Shown piece by piece: positions 61,320 to 64,000 of a DNA stretch of 64,000 nt. The notes below the pieces were generated by a model that saw only the letters and a program-made list of their open reading frames with translations, was not told the DNA's origin and searched no databases. The translations under genes and the position numbers were made by a program. The DNA comes from Octopus bimaculoides (lineage: Eukaryota), in NCBI RefSeq assembly GCF_001194135.2, contig NC_068990.1, forward strand, positions 64,115,023 to 64,179,022. Direction: 5' to 3'. Positions within the stretch are counted from its first letter, which is position 1. Each line of letters starts with the position of its first letter.

Positions 61320-61890
61320 CATCATTGTAATTTAATGTCTGCTTTCCATGCTGGCATGGGTTGGATGGTTTGACTGAGAACTGGCAGGCCAGGAGGCTGC
61401 ACCAGGCTCCAATCTGATTTGGCAAGGTTTCAACAGCTGGATGCTCTTCCTAACACCAACCACTCTGGGTGCTCTGAGTGTAGTGGGTGCTTTTTATGTG
61501 CCACCAGCATGGGAGCCAGTCAGGCGGCCCTGGCATCGGTCACACTCAAATGGTGCTTTTTACATGCTACCTGCATGGGTGCCAGTCAGGTGGCGCTGGC
61601 AAAGGTTTCAACAGCTGGATGCCCTTCCTAACACCAACCACTCTGGGTGCTCTGAGTGTAGTGTGTGCATTTTATGTGCCACCAGCATGGAAGCCAGTCA
61701 GGCGGCCCTGGCATCGGGCACACTCAAATAGTGCTTTTTACATGCTACCTGCATGGGCGCCAGTCAGGTGGCGCTGGCATCGGCCACACTCAAATAGTGC
61801 TTTTTACATGCCACCGTCACGGTTGCCAGTCAGGTGACACCAGCACAGGTACCAGTTAGGTGACACTAGCATCGGCTTTGCTCAAATGGT
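61320..61890 (-). mobile_element. RTE 3'UTR-derived element with about 178-bp tandem duplication
   Basis: Reverse-complement RTE tail; 61421-61599 and 61600-61779 are near-identical. Confidence 0.85.
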
Positions 61891-61899
61891 GCTTTATGT

Positions 61900-62065
61900 A
61901 TGTATGGATCAGAACATTTTGATTCAAACTCCTTGGTACTCCGAGTTTCAAGTGTGTCACTAGTCTTTGGCCATTGGAGTAGGCCATTCAGACTCCAATG
62001 ACTAGCGAGACACTTGAAACTTAGAGTACCAAGGAGTTTGAATCCAGCTGTTTTGATCCATACAT
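61900..62065. repeat. 166-bp foldback (near-palindromic) element
   Basis: atgtatggatc...gatccatacat termini, about 45-bp internal arms, inner cattggagt/actccaatg hairpin. Confidence 0.9.
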
Positions 62066-62125
62066 GTAACCCCTAATAAGATGTGTTATGTTCCCTACTT
62101 TTGTTTGTCTACCCAGTTGTGTGTG

Positions 62126-62171
<46 letters not shown>

Positions 62172-62789
62172 CATACATATATAGTATTGTGGTAGCTAAT
62201 TTTATTCACACATACACACACGCACACATTGTTAACCTAAAATGTGTTTATGTGTATTTATCTCTGTGTGTACATGGTACATGTAGTCAAAACACTAAAA
62301 AAGATCTGTTTATTTCGTTTGTAATTTTAGTAAATATAACTGAACATTAGCCGTTTCTGTCTATGTAAATGTGTATGCAGACATAAATATTTGTGTGTAC
62401 ATGTGAGTATGTGTACATGCATAAATGTATGTTGTGTTATGTGAATGTATGTGAGTGTATATTTGTTATTGCCTTCATAGCAACAGTAATTTGAAACAAT
62501 GACACTTGGAAAATTGAAAATTCCAATTAGTAAAAAAGCTAAAATAATGTATTAGATGTCACATTGTCAATACCTGTGTAATGATATTGATAGCCTTGTT
62601 TATTTATGTGACACTCAGACATCACATCTATGTCATTAGATTACTATAATAATTACTGTATCTACTAGATATTTCCAAATTAAAATATCTCATTTATGTA
62701 GCTTAGACAGGTACTGCTGTAGAAGTAATAATGTTGGCTGGAAACCTGTTAACATCCAAATAAAAATAGATGTGCTGGTGCCATGTATA

Positions 62790-62960
62790 AAGCACCCAGC
62801 ACACTTTATAAAGTAAAGGGTTGGCATTAAGAAAGGCATCTAGCTGTAGAAACCCAGCTAAATCAGACTGGAGCCTGGTGCAGCTCTCCTGCTTACCAGC
62901 TCTGGTCATACTGTCTGATCCATGCCAGTATGGAAAACGGACATTTAATGATGATGATGG
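62790..62960 (+). mobile_element. Short RTE-tail element
   Basis: ggcatctagctgtagaaaccc...cagactggagcctggtgcagc...catgccagtatggaaaacggacatttaatgatgatg. Confidence 0.8.
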
Positions 62961-63765
62961 TGGTGGTCGTCGTCGTTGTTGTCGTGGTCATCGTTGTCAT
63001 CATCGTGGCTGTCATGGTCATGGTGGTGGTGTTGTTGTTGTTGTTGGTGGTGATGATGATAGCAAGGATGATAGTGAGGATGGTAGTGGTGATTGTGGAG
63101 GTGATGATGATGATGATGTGCCTCACAATGTGAATCCCATTCTTTGGTGCAGCAGCCAGTGAAGAAGATCCTTAAATAAATATAATAGCCATGTTTCCCT
63201 CCAGAAAACTCTCTAACCTCCTTGAAATGAAGGCCGTGTATTTTAAGTGTTAAATATTAGGGTCACATTTATGTGTTAAATATTAGGCTGGGCATGACTA
63301 GAAAACTGCTCAGACAATAACGCTTGAATCCTAAACTAACTCACTGAATAACACTCATTCTCAACATTCCAGTCTTAGAGATTGGGATGCTGAGCATGTA
63401 TGTTTTTTTAAAGAGTAACTCTTGTAACATATATTTTGGATGATGCATACAGAGCTATGTAAAACAAACAAAAAATCAATAAGCACAACAATGGTCATTT
63501 GACAATTGTCTTGGTATAGGTGTAGCAATGTAGGCAAATGAAACAGTCCTCCTACCCCGTCCCTGCTAAACTGAGATCAATATTTGTTGAAAGGTGTGCA
63601 GGAACAGTTATCATGCATAAACCATTGAAATTGTTAACTAATATCCCATTCAATTACTGGACAATTTGTATTTAACTACATTTCACCTATCAATTGATCA
63701 GTGTTTTTCAGACTTTGTCTTTTATCATAATAGAATGGAGCTTTGATTACTTCTTTATCCCCCAG

Positions 63766-63916
63766 GGTGTCTCTTGGACAACAGTGCGTTATATGATTGG
63801 AGAAGTACAGTACGGTGGGCGCGTGACTGATGATTATGATAAACGTCTATTGAACACATATGCTAAAGTCTGGTTCTGCGAATCAATACTGTTGGATTCA
63901 TTCAACTTTTACACTG
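63766..63916 (+). CDS. DNAH5/DNAH8: Dynein heavy chain exon 8 in window
   Basis: atcccccag acceptor, G|gtaatg donor. Encodes [37 protein letters not shown]...FYT ([14 protein letters not shown] motif). Confidence 0.96.
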
Positions 63917-64000
63917 GTAATGACTTTCATTCTCTCTTATTTTACATTCTCAATATATTTCTTGTTTTCTTTTCCTTTTAAGTTTCATCTCCTGAATGCA

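Overview
AT-rich, microsatellite- and transposon-dense eukaryotic draft-assembly DNA with 7 N-gaps. The repeat landscape is consistent with an octopus/coleoid genome (inference). The only host gene I can support is a + strand axonemal outer-arm dynein heavy chain (DNAH5/DNAH8 gamma-type, AAA5-AAA6 region). It has 8 GT-AG exons (362-667, 33335-33474, 35529-35696, 36044-36179, 51368-51507, 55235-55399, 57575-57769, 63766-63916) that splice into one 1401-nt open frame. The gene extends beyond both window ends, and its introns run up to 32.7 kb. The introns hold about nine R4/Dong-type RLE retrotransposon relics (mostly abutting (TAA)n or related trinucleotide tracts), Penelope-like pieces, an RTE LINE with many short 3' tails, a CR1/L2-like tail, maT and mariner/piggyBac MITEs, two related solo LTRs and at least four tRNA-SINE families. 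The most interesting object is a tRNA-headed (A-box/B-box) short element at 42275-42532 carrying a minimal Penelope-type hammerhead ribozyme motif, preceded by its own inverted copy. Also notable are a covarying terminal hairpin in the two LTRs, several foldback palindromes and two candidate recursive-splice sites in the giant intron. I found no rRNA, intact tRNA or CRISPR. Nearly all other ORF-track entries are microsatellite or gap artefacts. Repeat boundaries are read by eye and approximate.
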